A stretch of DNA of 64,000 nt from Ottowia sp. (GCF_047601385.1 NZ_JASGJP010000001.1:466487-530486); one strand, 5' to 3'; shown: positions 40,718 to 51,245, counted from the first letter of the stretch. The notes: generated by a model not told the origin, from the sequence alone. Numbers and translations are program-made.

Positions 40718-40725
40718 GTCAGCTC

Positions 40726-41043
40726 TCATTCAATATAGAAGACCGTGACCATGATGACGTTGGGCGTGTCGTCGCTGATGGCCGCGACGACGCAGCAGTT
40801 GTGGCCTGAGCAGAAGTGCTCCATCCGGCACTCCAGTGTTCCCTTGTAGGTATTGGGCTCGGGAGTGCGCCGAATCACACCTCTGCGCAGACACTCGATG
40901 GCTACGTGCAGCGGCATCTTCCGATCCTTCATCTGCTTGCGGGCATGCGCGGTGATGATGACCTTTGCAGAATCGCCCGCCGCAGACCTGATGAGCTTCG
41001 CAAGCTGCGATTTCGATAGCGTGAAGACCGAGCCTGTGACCAT
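40726..41043 (-). CDS. DUF4258-like (RelE-superfamily) putative toxin
   Basis: IITAHARKQMKDRKM...IMVTVF; directly upstream of the HTH gene. Confidence 0.72.
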   Translation of the reverse strand: MVTGSVFTLSKSQLAKLIRSAAGDSAKVIITAHARKQMKDRKMPLHVAIECLRRGVIRRTPEPNTYKGTLECRMEHFCSGHNCCVVAAISDDTPNVIMVTVFYIE

Positions 41044-41070
41044 AAAATTTATGGGTTCATGGTACCCCAT

Positions 41071-41095
41071 AAATCAAGGGTCAGATCAAGATTTT
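41071..41095 (+). repeat. AAATCAGGGTCAGAT-type site at the right island boundary
   Basis: AAATCAAGGGTCAGATCAAGATTTT, next to the stop codon of the core lipoprotein gene. Confidence 0.8.
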
Positions 41096-41097
41096 TC

Positions 41098-41727
41098 TTA
41101 CCGCCCTGCCCCCACCAAATCCATCCGGCGCCTGAGCCGCGCCGCCTCGTCCGCGCCGCCCCGCTCGTCGGCCAGCCGCGCCTGCACGCCCAGCCAGGCC
41201 AGCAGCGGGCGGCGCCAGCCTTGTTGGGACGCGGTATCGACCGCACGCGCCACCACGTTGGGGCTGGCGTCGGCGCGGCGCAGTTGCACGCCGGCGGCGA
41301 TCAGGCGGGCGAAGGGGTCGGCGGGCGGGGTGGCGCTGCGGTGCGGTTCGGGCAGCAGCGCGGTATCGGCGGCGGTGAGCCGCTCGCCGGCCAGGTAGCG
41401 GGCATAGGCGCGCTCGGCGTCGCCGGCGTCGGCGCGCAGCGGCTCGAAGCCGGCGCAGGGCTCGAACACCAGGCTGGCGACCTGCGCGGCGCAGCGCGTC
41501 AGCTCGATGCGGGCCACCAGCTCGGGGCGACCGGTGCGGGCGGTTTCGGCGCGGGCCTGCTCGAACTCGCGCGCGGCGACGCGGGCGTCGCCTTTCAGGT
41601 AGGCCTCGGCAAAGCGCTCGGCGTGGCCGACGGCATTGATGCTCCAGTCAGGCACTTTCGGGCCACCAGCGCAGGCGCAGAGCGCGCCGGCAGCTATCAG
41701 AAGTGAAGCAATGGTGATTCGCCTCAT
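41098..41727 (-). CDS. Putative lipoprotein of the MlaD/MlaE-like cluster
   Basis: MRRITIASLLIAAGALCAC lipobox-like leader; ATGA coupling to the MlaD-like gene. Confidence 0.75.
   Translation of the reverse strand: MRRITIASLLIAAGALCACAGGPKVPDWSINAVGHAERFAEAYLKGDARVAAREFEQARAETARTGRPELVARIELTRCAAQVASLVFEPCAGFEPLRADAGDAERAYARYLAGERLTAADTALLPEPHRSATPPADPFARLIAAGVQLRRADASPNVVARAVDTASQQGWRRPLLAWLGVQARLADERGGADEAARLRRRMDLVGAGR
41657..41709 (-). repeat. 62-bp element encoding the lipoprotein signal and lipobox
   Basis: GGCCACCAGCGC...GCGCGCCGGCAGCTAT-CAGAAGT-GAAGC. Confidence 0.65.
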
Positions 41728-42731
41728 GGCAGCTTCACCTCCTTCTCCTTCGGGGCGAAGGGCCACTTGCGGTTCAGCTCGGCGATCAGCGCGTCGATCT
41801 TGCGCAGGCTGCTTTCCACGTCGGCGCGCAGGCCGCCCAGGTCGGCGGTGGCCTCGCGCGCGTTGCCGGCGACGGCCTGCACGTCCTTCAGCACGGCATC
41901 GACCTGCGCCATGCTCTGGCGCACGTCCTTCAGCAGCGCGTCGAGCTGGCCGACGGCGGCGCGGGCGCCGTTGACCAGGCCGTCCTGGCCCAGCACCTGC
42001 TGGTCGGCCTTCTTGAGTACGCCGTCGGTGCGCACGGCCACGGCGTCGAGGTTCTTCACCAGCTGGTTGGTGCGCTCCAGCAGCTCGGCCACGCGGCGGG
42101 CGTCGGCCTCGTTGCCGGTCAGCGCGCCCAGCAGGCCGCCCTGGGTGCTGTTCATCTTCTGGGTGAAGGCGCGCACGTCGGCCAGCATGCCGGCCAGCGC
42201 GGACTGCTCGGCGGTGAGCTGGCTGAGGTTCTGCAACACGTCGCGCGCGTCGGCCACCATCTTGGGGATCTCGGCCGACACGTCGCCGCGCAGCACGGTG
42301 CGCTCGGCGCCGGCGGGCAGCGGCGGGTCGTCCAGGATGCCGGTGAAGGCGCGCAGCCGGGCGGCGCCGACCAGCCCTTTCTCCAGCGTGAAGATGCTGG
42401 AGGTGCGCAGCCAGTGCGCGTCCTTCAGCGGCACGTCCACCGCGATGCGCACGGTGCCCTGCTCGACCAGCTCGATGCCGCTCACGCGGCCGACGGGAAA
42501 GCCGGAGAAGGTCATGTCCATGCCGACCACCACGCCCTCGGAGTCGTCGGTGGCCAGGTACAGGCGCTGCGTGGCCTCGAAGGCACCGCGCGCCCACATC
42601 AGGTACAGCACCACGCCGGCGATCAGCGCCGCCATGAACAGCAGCAGCAGCGCGGCGCGCACCTCCAGGCCGCGCTGGGCGCGGCTGGCGGCCAGCGGGG
42701 GCGGGTCGTCGTCTTGGGGGGGGCTGCTCAT
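41724..42731 (-). CDS. MlaD/MCE family protein
   Basis: N-terminal TM, FSGFPVGRVSGIEL MCE motif, helical C-terminus. Confidence 0.88.
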   Translation of the reverse strand: MSSPPQDDDPPPLAASRAQRGLEVRAALLLLFMAALIAGVVLYLMWARGAFEATQRLYLATDDSEGVVVGMDMTFSGFPVGRVSGIELVEQGTVRIAVDVPLKDAHWLRTSSIFTLEKGLVGAARLRAFTGILDDPPLPAGAERTVLRGDVSAEIPKMVADARDVLQNLSQLTAEQSALAGMLADVRAFTQKMNSTQGGLLGALTGNEADARRVAELLERTNQLVKNLDAVAVRTDGVLKKADQQVLGQDGLVNGARAAVGQLDALLKDVRQSMAQVDAVLKDVQAVAGNAREATADLGGLRADVESSLRKIDALIAELNRKWPFAPKEKEVKLP

Positions 42732-42735
42732 GCCC

Positions 42736-43539
42736 TCAATAGTAGTTGCCCACCAGCGACGCGATCTCGATCACCAGCATCAGCACGAACATGCGCACCA
42801 GGCCCTGCAACTCCACGCTGGTGCGCGAGGCGCGGTGCGGCATGTCGCGCAGCGCGTTGGCCACCGGCAGCAGCGCCACCGCCAGCGCGAACAGCAGCGT
42901 CTTCAGCCCGAAGATCAACGACACCACCGGGTTGAAGATGTGCCCCACCCCCCGGTTGTACGCCGCCATGCCGGCCAGGTTGAAGCCGTGCACGCCGATG
43001 TAGGCCAGCACCAGCGAGATCACGCAACTGAACGCCGCCAGCAGCAGCACGGCGGCCACGCCGGCCAGCACGCGCGGCAGCACTTCATGCACCAGCGGGT
43101 CGATGCCGCGCGCGCGCAGCGCCTGAAAACCGCCGTCGCGCTTGAGTTTGTACAGCTCCGAGCCGCTCGGGATGCTGTATTCCACCGCCACGAACAGCGC
43201 CGCCGCCAGCGGGATCAGCTCCAGCACCAGCACGCGCACCACGGCGTCCAGCGCGTACTGCGTCAGCCCGTAGGCGAAGGCGGTGACCACCACGATGCGG
43301 ATCACCACCACGTTGAACAGCGCCATCAGCGTGGTGAAGCCCGGCAGCCCCGGCCCGGCGGCGGCGTACACCTGCCGCAGCACGGCGCCGCGCGTCTCGC
43401 GCCGCCAGCTGGACGGCGACAGCGCCAGCACCGCCACCTGCGCGCCGATGAAGGCCATCAGCCACCAGCCCCGCAGCCATTGCAGCACCTCGCGCCCCAA
43501 GTGCAGCAGCCAGCCGTACAACGAGAAACCCGTGGTCAT
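42736..43539 (-). CDS. MlaE family ABC permease
   Basis: VLVLELIPLAAALFV, GIDPLVHEVLPRV. Confidence 0.85.
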   Translation of the reverse strand: MTTGFSLYGWLLHLGREVLQWLRGWWLMAFIGAQVAVLALSPSSWRRETRGAVLRQVYAAAGPGLPGFTTLMALFNVVVIRIVVVTAFAYGLTQYALDAVVRVLVLELIPLAAALFVAVEYSIPSGSELYKLKRDGGFQALRARGIDPLVHEVLPRVLAGVAAVLLLAAFSCVISLVLAYIGVHGFNLAGMAAYNRGVGHIFNPVVSLIFGLKTLLFALAVALLPVANALRDMPHRASRTSVELQGLVRMFVLMLVIEIASLVGNYY

Positions 43540-43566
43540 GCGGGCATGATACGACGGGCGCCGCGT

Positions 43567-43628
43567 TCAGGCATTAAATTGGCCTTCAGCGCTTATGGGG
43601 CAATCGCTGGCAGCTATCATTATTGAAG
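43567..43628 (-). repeat. 62-bp element between the divergent mlaE-like and phaZ genes
   Basis: AAATTGGCCTTCAGCGCTTATG...CGCTGGCAGCTATCATTATTGAAG. Confidence 0.85.
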
Positions 43629-43802
43629 TCATCGCGCGCATGCGCCGGGCACGTTTTCGCGTCCGGCGCCACACTGGCGCAATCTGCGCCACACTGGCGC
43701 AATCTGCGCCACAACTGCCCTCGTTTAGAGATTCATGCCCACTGCAATCCGCGCGCGCCTGCGCTATATTGCACCGCAGCATCCGCCCATAACAACCGCC
43801 CC

Positions 43803-45128
43803 ATGCTCTACCAAATCTACGACGCCCAGCGCTCCCTGATCGAACCCTTCGCCGACATGGCCGACGCCACGGCCAAGCTGTACAGCAACCCGCACACGCT
43901 GTGGGGCCAGATGCCGATGGCGCAGCGCGTGGCGGCCTCCTTCGCGCTGTTCCACCGCCTGGGCAAGGACTACGAGAAGCCCGAGTTCGGCATCCGCCAC
44001 GTCGACGTCGACGGCGTGCACGTGGCCATCGACGAGCGCATCGAGCTGGAAAAGCCCTTCTGCCAGTTGCGCCGCTTCAAGCGCTTCACCGACGACACGG
44101 GCACGCTGGGCAAGCTCAAGGGCCAGCCGCCGGTGCTGGTGGTCGCCCCGCTGTCGGGCCACTACGCCACCCTGCTGCGCGACACCGTGCGCACCCTGCT
44201 GGAGGGCCACAAGGTCTACATCACCGACTGGAAGAACGCCCGCATGGTGCCGCTGTCGGAGGGCAGCTTCCATCTGGACGACTACGTGAACTACGTGCAG
44301 GACTTCATCCGCCACCTGCAAGGCATCTACGGCAACTGCCACGTGATCAGCGTGTGCCAGCCCACCGTGCCGGTGCTGGCCGCGGTGTCGCTGATGGCCA
44401 GCCGGGGCGAGAAGACCCCCATCACCATGACCATGATGGGCGGCCCCATCGACGCGCGCAAGTCGCCCACCGCCGTCAACAACCTGGCCGTGCAGCGCAG
44501 CTTCGAGTGGTTCGAGAACAACGTGATCTACCGCGTGCCGCCCAACTACCCCGGTGCCGGCCGCCGCGTGTACCCGGGCTTCCTGCAACATACCGGCTTC
44601 GTGGCGATGAACCCCGACCGCCACGCCAGCAGCCACTACGACTATTTCAAGGACCTGATCAAGGGCGACGAGTCCAGCGCCGAGGCGCACCGCAAGTTCT
44701 ACGACGAGTACAACGCCGTGCTCGACATGGACGCGGACTACTACCTCGAAACCATCCGCACCGTGTTCCAGGACTTCAGCCTGGTCAACGGCACCTGGGA
44801 CGTGCGCAACCCCGCCGGCGAGCCCGAGCGCGTGCGCCCGCAGGACATCCACGCCACCGCCCTGCTCACCGTCGAGGGCGAGTTGGACGACATCTCCGGC
44901 TCCGGCCAGACGCGCGCCGCGCATGGGCTGTGCACCGGCATCCCCGAGGCGCAGCGCGACCACCTGGAGGTGCCCGGCGCCGGCCACTACGGCATCTTCA
45001 GCGGCCGCCGCTGGCGCACGGTGGTCTATCCGCGCGTGAAGGCGTTCATCGCCGAGCACGCCCAGGCCCTGGCCGCGCCGGCCCTGGCCGCCGCGCCCAA
45101 GGCCCCGGCACGCCGCCGCGCCGGCTGA
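43803..45128 (+). CDS. phaZ: Intracellular PHA depolymerase
   Basis: [39 protein letters not shown]. Confidence 0.93.
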   Translation: MLYQIYDAQRSLIEPFADMADATAKLYSNPHTLWGQMPMAQRVAASFALFHRLGKDYEKPEFGIRHVDVDGVHVAIDERIELEKPFCQLRRFKRFTDDTGTLGKLKGQPPVLVVAPLSGHYATLLRDTVRTLLEGHKVYITDWKNARMVPLSEGSFHLDDYVNYVQDFIRHLQGIYGNCHVISVCQPTVPVLAAVSLMASRGEKTPITMTMMGGPIDARKSPTAVNNLAVQRSFEWFENNVIYRVPPNYPGAGRRVYPGFLQHTGFVAMNPDRHASSHYDYFKDLIKGDESSAEAHRKFYDEYNAVLDMDADYYLETIRTVFQDFSLVNGTWDVRNPAGEPERVRPQDIHATALLTVEGELDDISGSGQTRAAHGLCTGIPEAQRDHLEVPGAGHYGIFSGRRWRTVVYPRVKAFIAEHAQALAAPALAAAPKAPARRRAG

Positions 45129-45153
45129 CCGCCGGCATGCCCGGGCCCGGCCG

Positions 45154-45825
45154 GTGACCGCCCTGCCCGCCGCCGACCTGGCCCGCCGCGTGCTGGACGC
45201 GCTGCCGCAGACGCAGTGCACGCGCTGCGGCTACCCCGACTGCGCGGCCTACGCCGAGGCCGTCGCCCTGGGCGAGGCCGGCATCAACCAGTGCCCGCCC
45301 GGCGGCGCCGAAGGCGTGGCGCGGCTGGCCGCCCTCACCGGCCGGCCGGCCGGGCCGCTCAACCCCGGCAACGGCCTGGAAGGCCCGCGCGGCGTGGCCT
45401 GGATCGACGAGAGCTGGTGCATCGGCTGCACGCTGTGCATCGCCGCCTGCCCGGTGGACTGCATCGTCGGCGGCAACAAGCGCATGCACACCGTCGTCGA
45501 GGCGCAGTGCACCGGCTGCGCGCTGTGCATCCCCGCCTGCCCGGTGGACTGCATCGCGCTGGAGAACGTCACCGGCACCCGCACCGGCTGGGACGCCTGG
45601 TCGCCCGCCCAAGCCGGCGAGGCCCGCGATCGCTATGAATTCACGAGCTGGCGGCGCAAGCGGGAAGCGGGCGAGCAGGCCAAAAGGCTTGAAGAAAAGG
45701 CCGCGCGCAAGCTGGCCCATCTGCCTGAGTTGACGCACGGCGCCGAGGGCGCCGAACAGGGCCGCAAGCGCGCCGTGATCGAGGCCGCGCTGGCGCGCGC
45801 GCGTGCCCGAAAGAACGCCGGCTGA
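45154..45825 (+). CDS. RnfB/RsxB-like Fe-S protein
   Basis: [21 protein letters not shown], two CxxCxxCxxxCP motifs. Confidence 0.9.
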   Translation: MTALPAADLARRVLDALPQTQCTRCGYPDCAAYAEAVALGEAGINQCPPGGAEGVARLAALTGRPAGPLNPGNGLEGPRGVAWIDESWCIGCTLCIAACPVDCIVGGNKRMHTVVEAQCTGCALCIPACPVDCIALENVTGTRTGWDAWSPAQAGEARDRYEFTSWRRKREAGEQAKRLEEKAARKLAHLPELTHGAEGAEQGRKRAVIEAALARARARKNAG

Positions 45826-45828
45826 TCT

Positions 45829-47388
45829 TCAATGCGCCCCGGCGGCGGCATCGCCCCCCGCCCCGCCGTGCGTGCGCCTGGCGAACCACACCAGCCCGAT
45901 CAGCGCCAGGAACAGCAGCGCCGAGCCGTAGAAGATCTCCTGCGTGGACAGCATGAAGGCCTGCTGCGTCAGCAGGTTGTTCACCATGCCCAGCGCCTGC
46001 TCCTGCGTCAGGCCGCTGGCGCGCAGGCCGTCGAGCGTCTGCATGGCGACGGGGTTGCCGGCATTGATCGACTCGGCCAGTTGCGCGTGGTGCAGCGCGC
46101 TGCGGTTCTCCCACAGCGTGGTGCTGATCGAGGTGCCCATGGCGCCGGCCGTGATGCGCGTGAAGTTCGACAGCCCCGAGGCCGCCGGGATCCGCGCCGG
46201 CTCGATGCCCGAGAGCGTGATCGTCACCAGCGGGATGAAGAAGAACGCCATCGCCACGCCCTGCACCAGGGTCGGGATCATGATGGTGGTGAAGTCGGTC
46301 TGCGTGGTGAACAGCGAACGCATCCACAGCACCACGGCGAACACGAGGAAGGCGAAGCTGGCGTACAGGCGCGGATCGACCCGGTTCACCGTCAGCCCCA
46401 CCAGGGGCGACAGCACGATGGCCAGGATGCCCACCGGCGCCAGCACCATGCCCGCCTGCGTGGCGGTGTAGCCCATGAACTGCTGCAACCACAGCGGCAG
46501 GATCACCACGTTGCCGAAGAACACGCCGTAGCCCACCGCCGTGGCCAGCGCGCCCGACCAGAAGTTGCGCCGCGCGAACAGCGACAGGTCCACCACCGGG
46601 TGCTCCTCGGTCAGCTCCCAGACCAGGAAGAAGGCAAAGCCCACCACCGCCACCACGGCGAAGGCCACGATCTGCGGCGAATGGAACCAGTCCAGCTCCT
46701 TGCCCTTGTCCAGCATGAGCTGCAGCGCGCCCACCCAGACCACCAGCAGCGACAGGCCGATGGCGTCGATCGGCAGCTGGCGCGTGGCCGACTCGCGCTC
46801 GCGGTAGATCAGCCAGGTGGCGCCGGCCGCCAGCAGGCCCACCGGGATGTTGATGTAGAAGATCCACGGCCAGCTCACGTTGTCGGTGATCCAGCCGCCC
46901 AGCAGCGGCCCCATGATGGGCGCCACCAGCGTGGTCATGGACCACATCGCCATCGCCAGCCCGGCCATGGCCCGCGGGTAGCTGGACAGCAGCAGCGTCT
47001 GCGACAGCGGGATCATCGGCCCGGCGACGAAGCCCTGCAGCGCGCGGAAGGCGATCAGCAGCGTCATGTTCGGCGCCAGCCCGCACAGCCACGAGGCCAG
47101 CACGAACAGCAGCACGCTGGCCATGAACAGGCGCACCTGGCCCACGCGCTGCGTCAGCCAGCCGGTCAGCGGTACGGCGATGGCGTTGGCCACCGCGAAG
47201 CTGGTGATGACCCAGGTGCCCTGCACCGGGCTCACGCCCAGGTCGCCCGAGATGGCGGGCAGCGACACGTTGGCGATGGAGGAGTCCAGCACGTTCATGA
47301 ACGTGGCCGCCGACAGCGCGATGGTGCCCAGCACGCGCGCGCCGCCGGTCAGCGGCGGGTGCGCGGCGTGGGCCGGGGTGGCGCTCAT
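45829..47388 (-). CDS. emrB: DHA2 MFS efflux subunit
   Basis: FMNVLDSSIANV, TWVITSF, WIFYINIP, ELDWF. Confidence 0.92.
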   Translation of the reverse strand: MSATPAHAAHPPLTGGARVLGTIALSAATFMNVLDSSIANVSLPAISGDLGVSPVQGTWVITSFAVANAIAVPLTGWLTQRVGQVRLFMASVLLFVLASWLCGLAPNMTLLIAFRALQGFVAGPMIPLSQTLLLSSYPRAMAGLAMAMWSMTTLVAPIMGPLLGGWITDNVSWPWIFYINIPVGLLAAGATWLIYRERESATRQLPIDAIGLSLLVVWVGALQLMLDKGKELDWFHSPQIVAFAVVAVVGFAFFLVWELTEEHPVVDLSLFARRNFWSGALATAVGYGVFFGNVVILPLWLQQFMGYTATQAGMVLAPVGILAIVLSPLVGLTVNRVDPRLYASFAFLVFAVVLWMRSLFTTQTDFTTIMIPTLVQGVAMAFFFIPLVTITLSGIEPARIPAASGLSNFTRITAGAMGTSISTTLWENRSALHHAQLAESINAGNPVAMQTLDGLRASGLTQEQALGMVNNLLTQQAFMLSTQEIFYGSALLFLALIGLVWFARRTHGGAGGDAAAGAH

Positions 47389-47412
47389 GAGGGTTCGCCT
47401 TCCTGCACGGAT

Positions 47413-47475
47413 TTATGAATCAAATCGGCCTCCAGCGCCCGCCAGGCAAGCGCTGGCAGCTATCAATCATGAAGC
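47413..47475 (-). repeat. 62-bp element containing the emrA stop
   Basis: GAATCAAATCGGCCTCCAGCGCCCG...GCGCTGGCAGCTATCAATCATGAAGC. Confidence 0.9.
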
Positions 47476-48693
47476 GTGGCGGGCGCCCATGTTGCGCGCG
47501 ATGATCTCGCGCACCAGCGCCTCGGCGCCGCCGTCGGCCTGGGCGAACACGCGGGTCTGCGCCAGCGGCTCGGTGCGCGCGGCGGAGGCCAGCTCGGCGC
47601 CGCTCTGGTCGGCCACGTCCACGCGCGCCTCCATCGACAGGCCGACGCGCAGCGGGTGCGCCTTGACCTGCTCGGGCTCCAGCGCGATGCGCACCGGCAC
47701 GCGCTGCACCACCTTGATCCAGTTGCCGGTGGCGTTCTGCGCCGGCAGCAGCGCCGAGGCGGCGCCGGTGGCGATGCCCAGGCCCGCCACCCTGCCGCGG
47801 AATTCGACCTTGCCGCCGTACATGTCGGCCGTCAGCGTGACGGGCTGGCCGACACGGATGTGGCGCAGCTGGTTCTCCTTGAAGTTGGCATCGACCCACA
47901 GCTGGTCCAGCGGCACCAGCGCCATCAGCGGCGCGCCGGGCGCCACGCGCTGGCCGAGCTGCACGCTGCGCTTGCTGACGTAGCCCGACACGGGCGCCGG
48001 CAGCTCGGTGCGGTGCGCGGCCAGCCAGGCCTCGCGCAATTTGGCGGCGGCGGCCAACACGCTGGGGTGCTGGTCCACGTCGGTGCCGTCGGTCAGCGCC
48101 TGGTTGCTGGCCAGCTGCTCGCGCGCGGCGGCCACGGCGGCCTGGGCGGCGTCGAGCGCGCTCTGCGCCGCCGCGACCTGGGCGCGCGCGTGCGCCAGCT
48201 CCTCGCCCGAGACGGCGCCGCCGCCGGCCAGGCCCTGGCGCCGCGCCAGGTCCTGCTGCGCGGTGGCGAGCTGGGTGCGGGCCTTGGCGGCGTCGGCCTC
48301 GCGCAGCTTGACCTGCGCGCCGAAGGAGGCGTTGTTGGCGTACAGCGTGCGCACCTGGCGCACCGCCTGGCCCAGCGCGGCCTCGGCCTGCGCCTGCGCC
48401 ACGCCGGCGTCGGCCGGGTCGAGCCGCACCAGCGGCTGCCCGGCCTGCACGGGCTCGGTCTCGTCGGCGAAGATGGCGGTGACGGTGCCGCCGATCTGCG
48501 GCGTGATCTGCACCAGGTTGCCCTGCACGTAGGCGTTGTCGGTGTCCTCGAAGTGGCTGAGCACCAGCCAGTCGTACACGCCCCAGGCGATGGCGGCCAG
48601 CAGGACGACGCCGGCGAGCCCGGCCAGGGCGCGCCTGCGGCGCGGGTTGCCGTTGGGAGCCGGCTGGCTTGGGGCGGATGTGGGATCGGCCAT
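47467..48693 (-). CDS. emrA: Efflux membrane fusion protein
   Basis: EDTDNAYVQG, LWVDANFKE, NATGNWIKVVQRVPVRI. Confidence 0.92.
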   Translation of the reverse strand: MADPTSAPSQPAPNGNPRRRRALAGLAGVVLLAAIAWGVYDWLVLSHFEDTDNAYVQGNLVQITPQIGGTVTAIFADETEPVQAGQPLVRLDPADAGVAQAQAEAALGQAVRQVRTLYANNASFGAQVKLREADAAKARTQLATAQQDLARRQGLAGGGAVSGEELAHARAQVAAAQSALDAAQAAVAAAREQLASNQALTDGTDVDQHPSVLAAAAKLREAWLAAHRTELPAPVSGYVSKRSVQLGQRVAPGAPLMALVPLDQLWVDANFKENQLRHIRVGQPVTLTADMYGGKVEFRGRVAGLGIATGAASALLPAQNATGNWIKVVQRVPVRIALEPEQVKAHPLRVGLSMEARVDVADQSGAELASAARTEPLAQTRVFAQADGGAEALVREIIARNMGARHAS

Positions 48694-48713
48694 GGTGTTC
48701 TTCTCTGAAAGGT

Positions 48714-50135
48714 TCAGTGGTTCGACGGCAGGTCGGGCGTCGGCTGCCAGCCGCCACCCATGGCCTGCGCCACGCCGGCCTGGCTGATGAAGGCCTGGGC
48801 CGCCAGGTCGGCCTGCTGGCGGCGCTGCGCCAGCACGGCGGTCTCGGCCGTCAGCACCTGGAGGTAGTTGCCCAGGCCCGCCTGGTAGCGCTGGCGTGCG
48901 ATGTCGTAGGCGCCCTCGGCGGCTTGCAGCGCGCGCGCCTGCTCGGCCTGCTGGCGGGCGGTGGCGCGCACCGCCTGCGACTGGTCGGCCGCCTCGCGCA
49001 TGGCGTCGATCACGGTGGCGTTGTAGGTCTCGATGGCGGCGTCGACGTCGGCGCTCCTGGCGGCCAGGCCGGCGCGCAGGCGCCCGGCCTCGAAGATGGG
49101 CAGGCGGATCGCCGGGCCCACGCCCCACTGGAAGCTGTCGCCCTTGAGCAGGTTGCCGAAGCCCAGGCTCTGGAAGCCGGCGAAGGCCGCCAGGTTGATG
49201 TTGGGATAGAACTGCGCCCTGGCCACGTCCACCTCGCCGCGCGCGGCCTCCACGCGCCAGCGCGCGGCCACGATGTCGGCGCGGCGCGCCAGCCAGTCGG
49301 CGTGCAGTTCGGACGGCACGGCCAGCGGCCGCAAGGCGGACAGGCTGGGCGCCTGCACGTCATCGGCCAGGCGCGGCTGGCCCAGCAGCGCGGCCAGGGC
49401 GTTGCGGCTGGCTTCGATCTGCTGGTCGAAGGCGGCGATCTGCGTGCGCGAGTCGGCGCGCACGGTCTCGTTCTGGCGCACTTCGAGCTGCGTGTCCAGG
49501 CCCGCCTGCACGCGGTCCCGCACCAGCGCCACCATCTGCTGGCGCTGTGCCAGCGCGCGTTCGGCCAGCGCGCGCTGCCCGGCCAGGCGCGCCCACTGCA
49601 CGTAGCCGCGCACGACGTTGGTGGCCAGCAGCACGCGGGCGGCGTCGGCCTCGGCCTCGGCGGCGCGCAGCTGGCCGACGGCGGCGCGGATGGCGCCGGC
49701 GTGCCTGCCGAAGAAGTCCAGCTCCCAGCCGCCGTTGATCTGCAGGTTGCCCAGGTTCTGGGTGGAGCCGCCGAGCGGCGCCGGGTAGATGTAGTTGCCG
49801 GAGAAGGCCTGGCGGTTCAGGTCGAGCGCGCCGTTGACCTGCGGTTGCAGCGCGGCGGCGGCCACCTGCTCGGCGGCGCGCGCCTTGGCCACGCGCGCGG
49901 CGGCCACTTGCAGGCCGGGGTTGCGCGCCAGCGCCTCGGCGACCAGGCGGTCGAGCTGCGCGTCGCCCAGCGCCGTCCACCAGTCCTGCGCCGGGGCGAT
50001 GGTGGGCGATTCGGCATCGAGGCCCAGCGCGGCGGGCTCGGTGAGTTGCGCCGACGAGCGGATGCCCCGCGTGTCGGCACAGCCGGCCAGCAGCGCGAGC
50101 GCGGCGAGGCCGATGGCGGCGGTCCGGCGGATCAT
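48714..50135 (-). CDS. Outer-membrane efflux lipoprotein (NodT family)
   Basis: LAGC lipobox, WELDFFG, AQFYPNINL, AMGGGW. Confidence 0.92.
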   Translation of the reverse strand: MIRRTAAIGLAALALLAGCADTRGIRSSAQLTEPAALGLDAESPTIAPAQDWWTALGDAQLDRLVAEALARNPGLQVAAARVAKARAAEQVAAAALQPQVNGALDLNRQAFSGNYIYPAPLGGSTQNLGNLQINGGWELDFFGRHAGAIRAAVGQLRAAEAEADAARVLLATNVVRGYVQWARLAGQRALAERALAQRQQMVALVRDRVQAGLDTQLEVRQNETVRADSRTQIAAFDQQIEASRNALAALLGQPRLADDVQAPSLSALRPLAVPSELHADWLARRADIVAARWRVEAARGEVDVARAQFYPNINLAAFAGFQSLGFGNLLKGDSFQWGVGPAIRLPIFEAGRLRAGLAARSADVDAAIETYNATVIDAMREAADQSQAVRATARQQAEQARALQAAEGAYDIARQRYQAGLGNYLQVLTAETAVLAQRRQQADLAAQAFISQAGVAQAMGGGWQPTPDLPSNH

Positions 50136-50704
50136 GGCCGGGTCTCCTGCGCGGCAGCCCGGCCCAGCAGGGACTCGGCCTTGCCGGCCACGCGGTCCAG
50201 CAGCATGCGCAACTGCGCCCACTCCTCGGGCGTGAAGTCTTCCAGCACCTCGTTGTAGACGCGGGCCAGCACGCGCGGCATCTGCTCGGCGGCGGCCACG
50301 CCTTCGGGCGTGAGCGCGATGTGCACCACGCGGCGGTCGGTCTCGGAGCGCACGCGGCGGCACAGGCCGCGCGCCTCCAGGCGGTCGAGCAGGCGCGTCA
50401 TGTAGCCGGCGTCCACGGTGCAGCGGCGCGCCAGGTCGGCCACGGTGTCGGCCTCGCCGCGGTGGATCTTGTAGAGCGGCACCCATTGCGGCACGGTGGC
50501 GCCGCCCAGCTCGGTGGCCTCGCTGACGAGCTGGCCGATGGCCACCTGCGCGCGGCGCAGCATCCACAGCACGCTGGTCTCGGGGCGGATGCCGTCGTTG
50601 TCGAAGAAGGGCTTGGACGCGCGGCGGCGGCTGGCGCGGGGCGCGGGTTCGGGCGCGGATGCGGTGGCGGGCATGGCGGCGGGTTCGGGCTGAACGGCCG
50701 CCAT
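50132..50704 (-). CDS. MarR (EmrR-like) regulator
   Basis: MTRLLDRLEARGLCRR..DRRVVHIALTPEG. Confidence 0.9.
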   Translation of the reverse strand: MAAVQPEPAAMPATASAPEPAPRASRRRASKPFFDNDGIRPETSVLWMLRRAQVAIGQLVSEATELGGATVPQWVPLYKIHRGEADTVADLARRCTVDAGYMTRLLDRLEARGLCRRVRSETDRRVVHIALTPEGVAAAEQMPRVLARVYNEVLEDFTPEEWAQLRMLLDRVAGKAESLLGRAAAQETRP

Positions 50705-50708
50705 CTTA

Positions 50709-50751
50709 TTTGCCCATGCAAACATTGTGATCACAATGTTTGCATGGGCAC
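50709..50751. promoter_or_regulatory. Perfect 40-bp palindrome containing two MarR-type boxes
   Basis: TGCCCATGCAAACATTGTGA|TCACAATGTTTGCATGGGCA (50711-50750), just upstream of the MarR start. Confidence 0.75.
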
Positions 50752-50768
50752 GTTCATGGCAGGGGCAT

Positions 50769-51230
<462 letters not shown>

Positions 51231-51245
51231 GGTGTGCTCCGGTTG

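Noticed and set aside
38727-41097. Intact integron
   Set aside because: No intI, attI or complete attC; only partial attC-like remnants.
45154-45825. Complete Rnf complex
   Set aside because: Only the rnfB-like gene is present; stand-alone rnfB beside phaZ is an ordinary arrangement in Burkholderiales.
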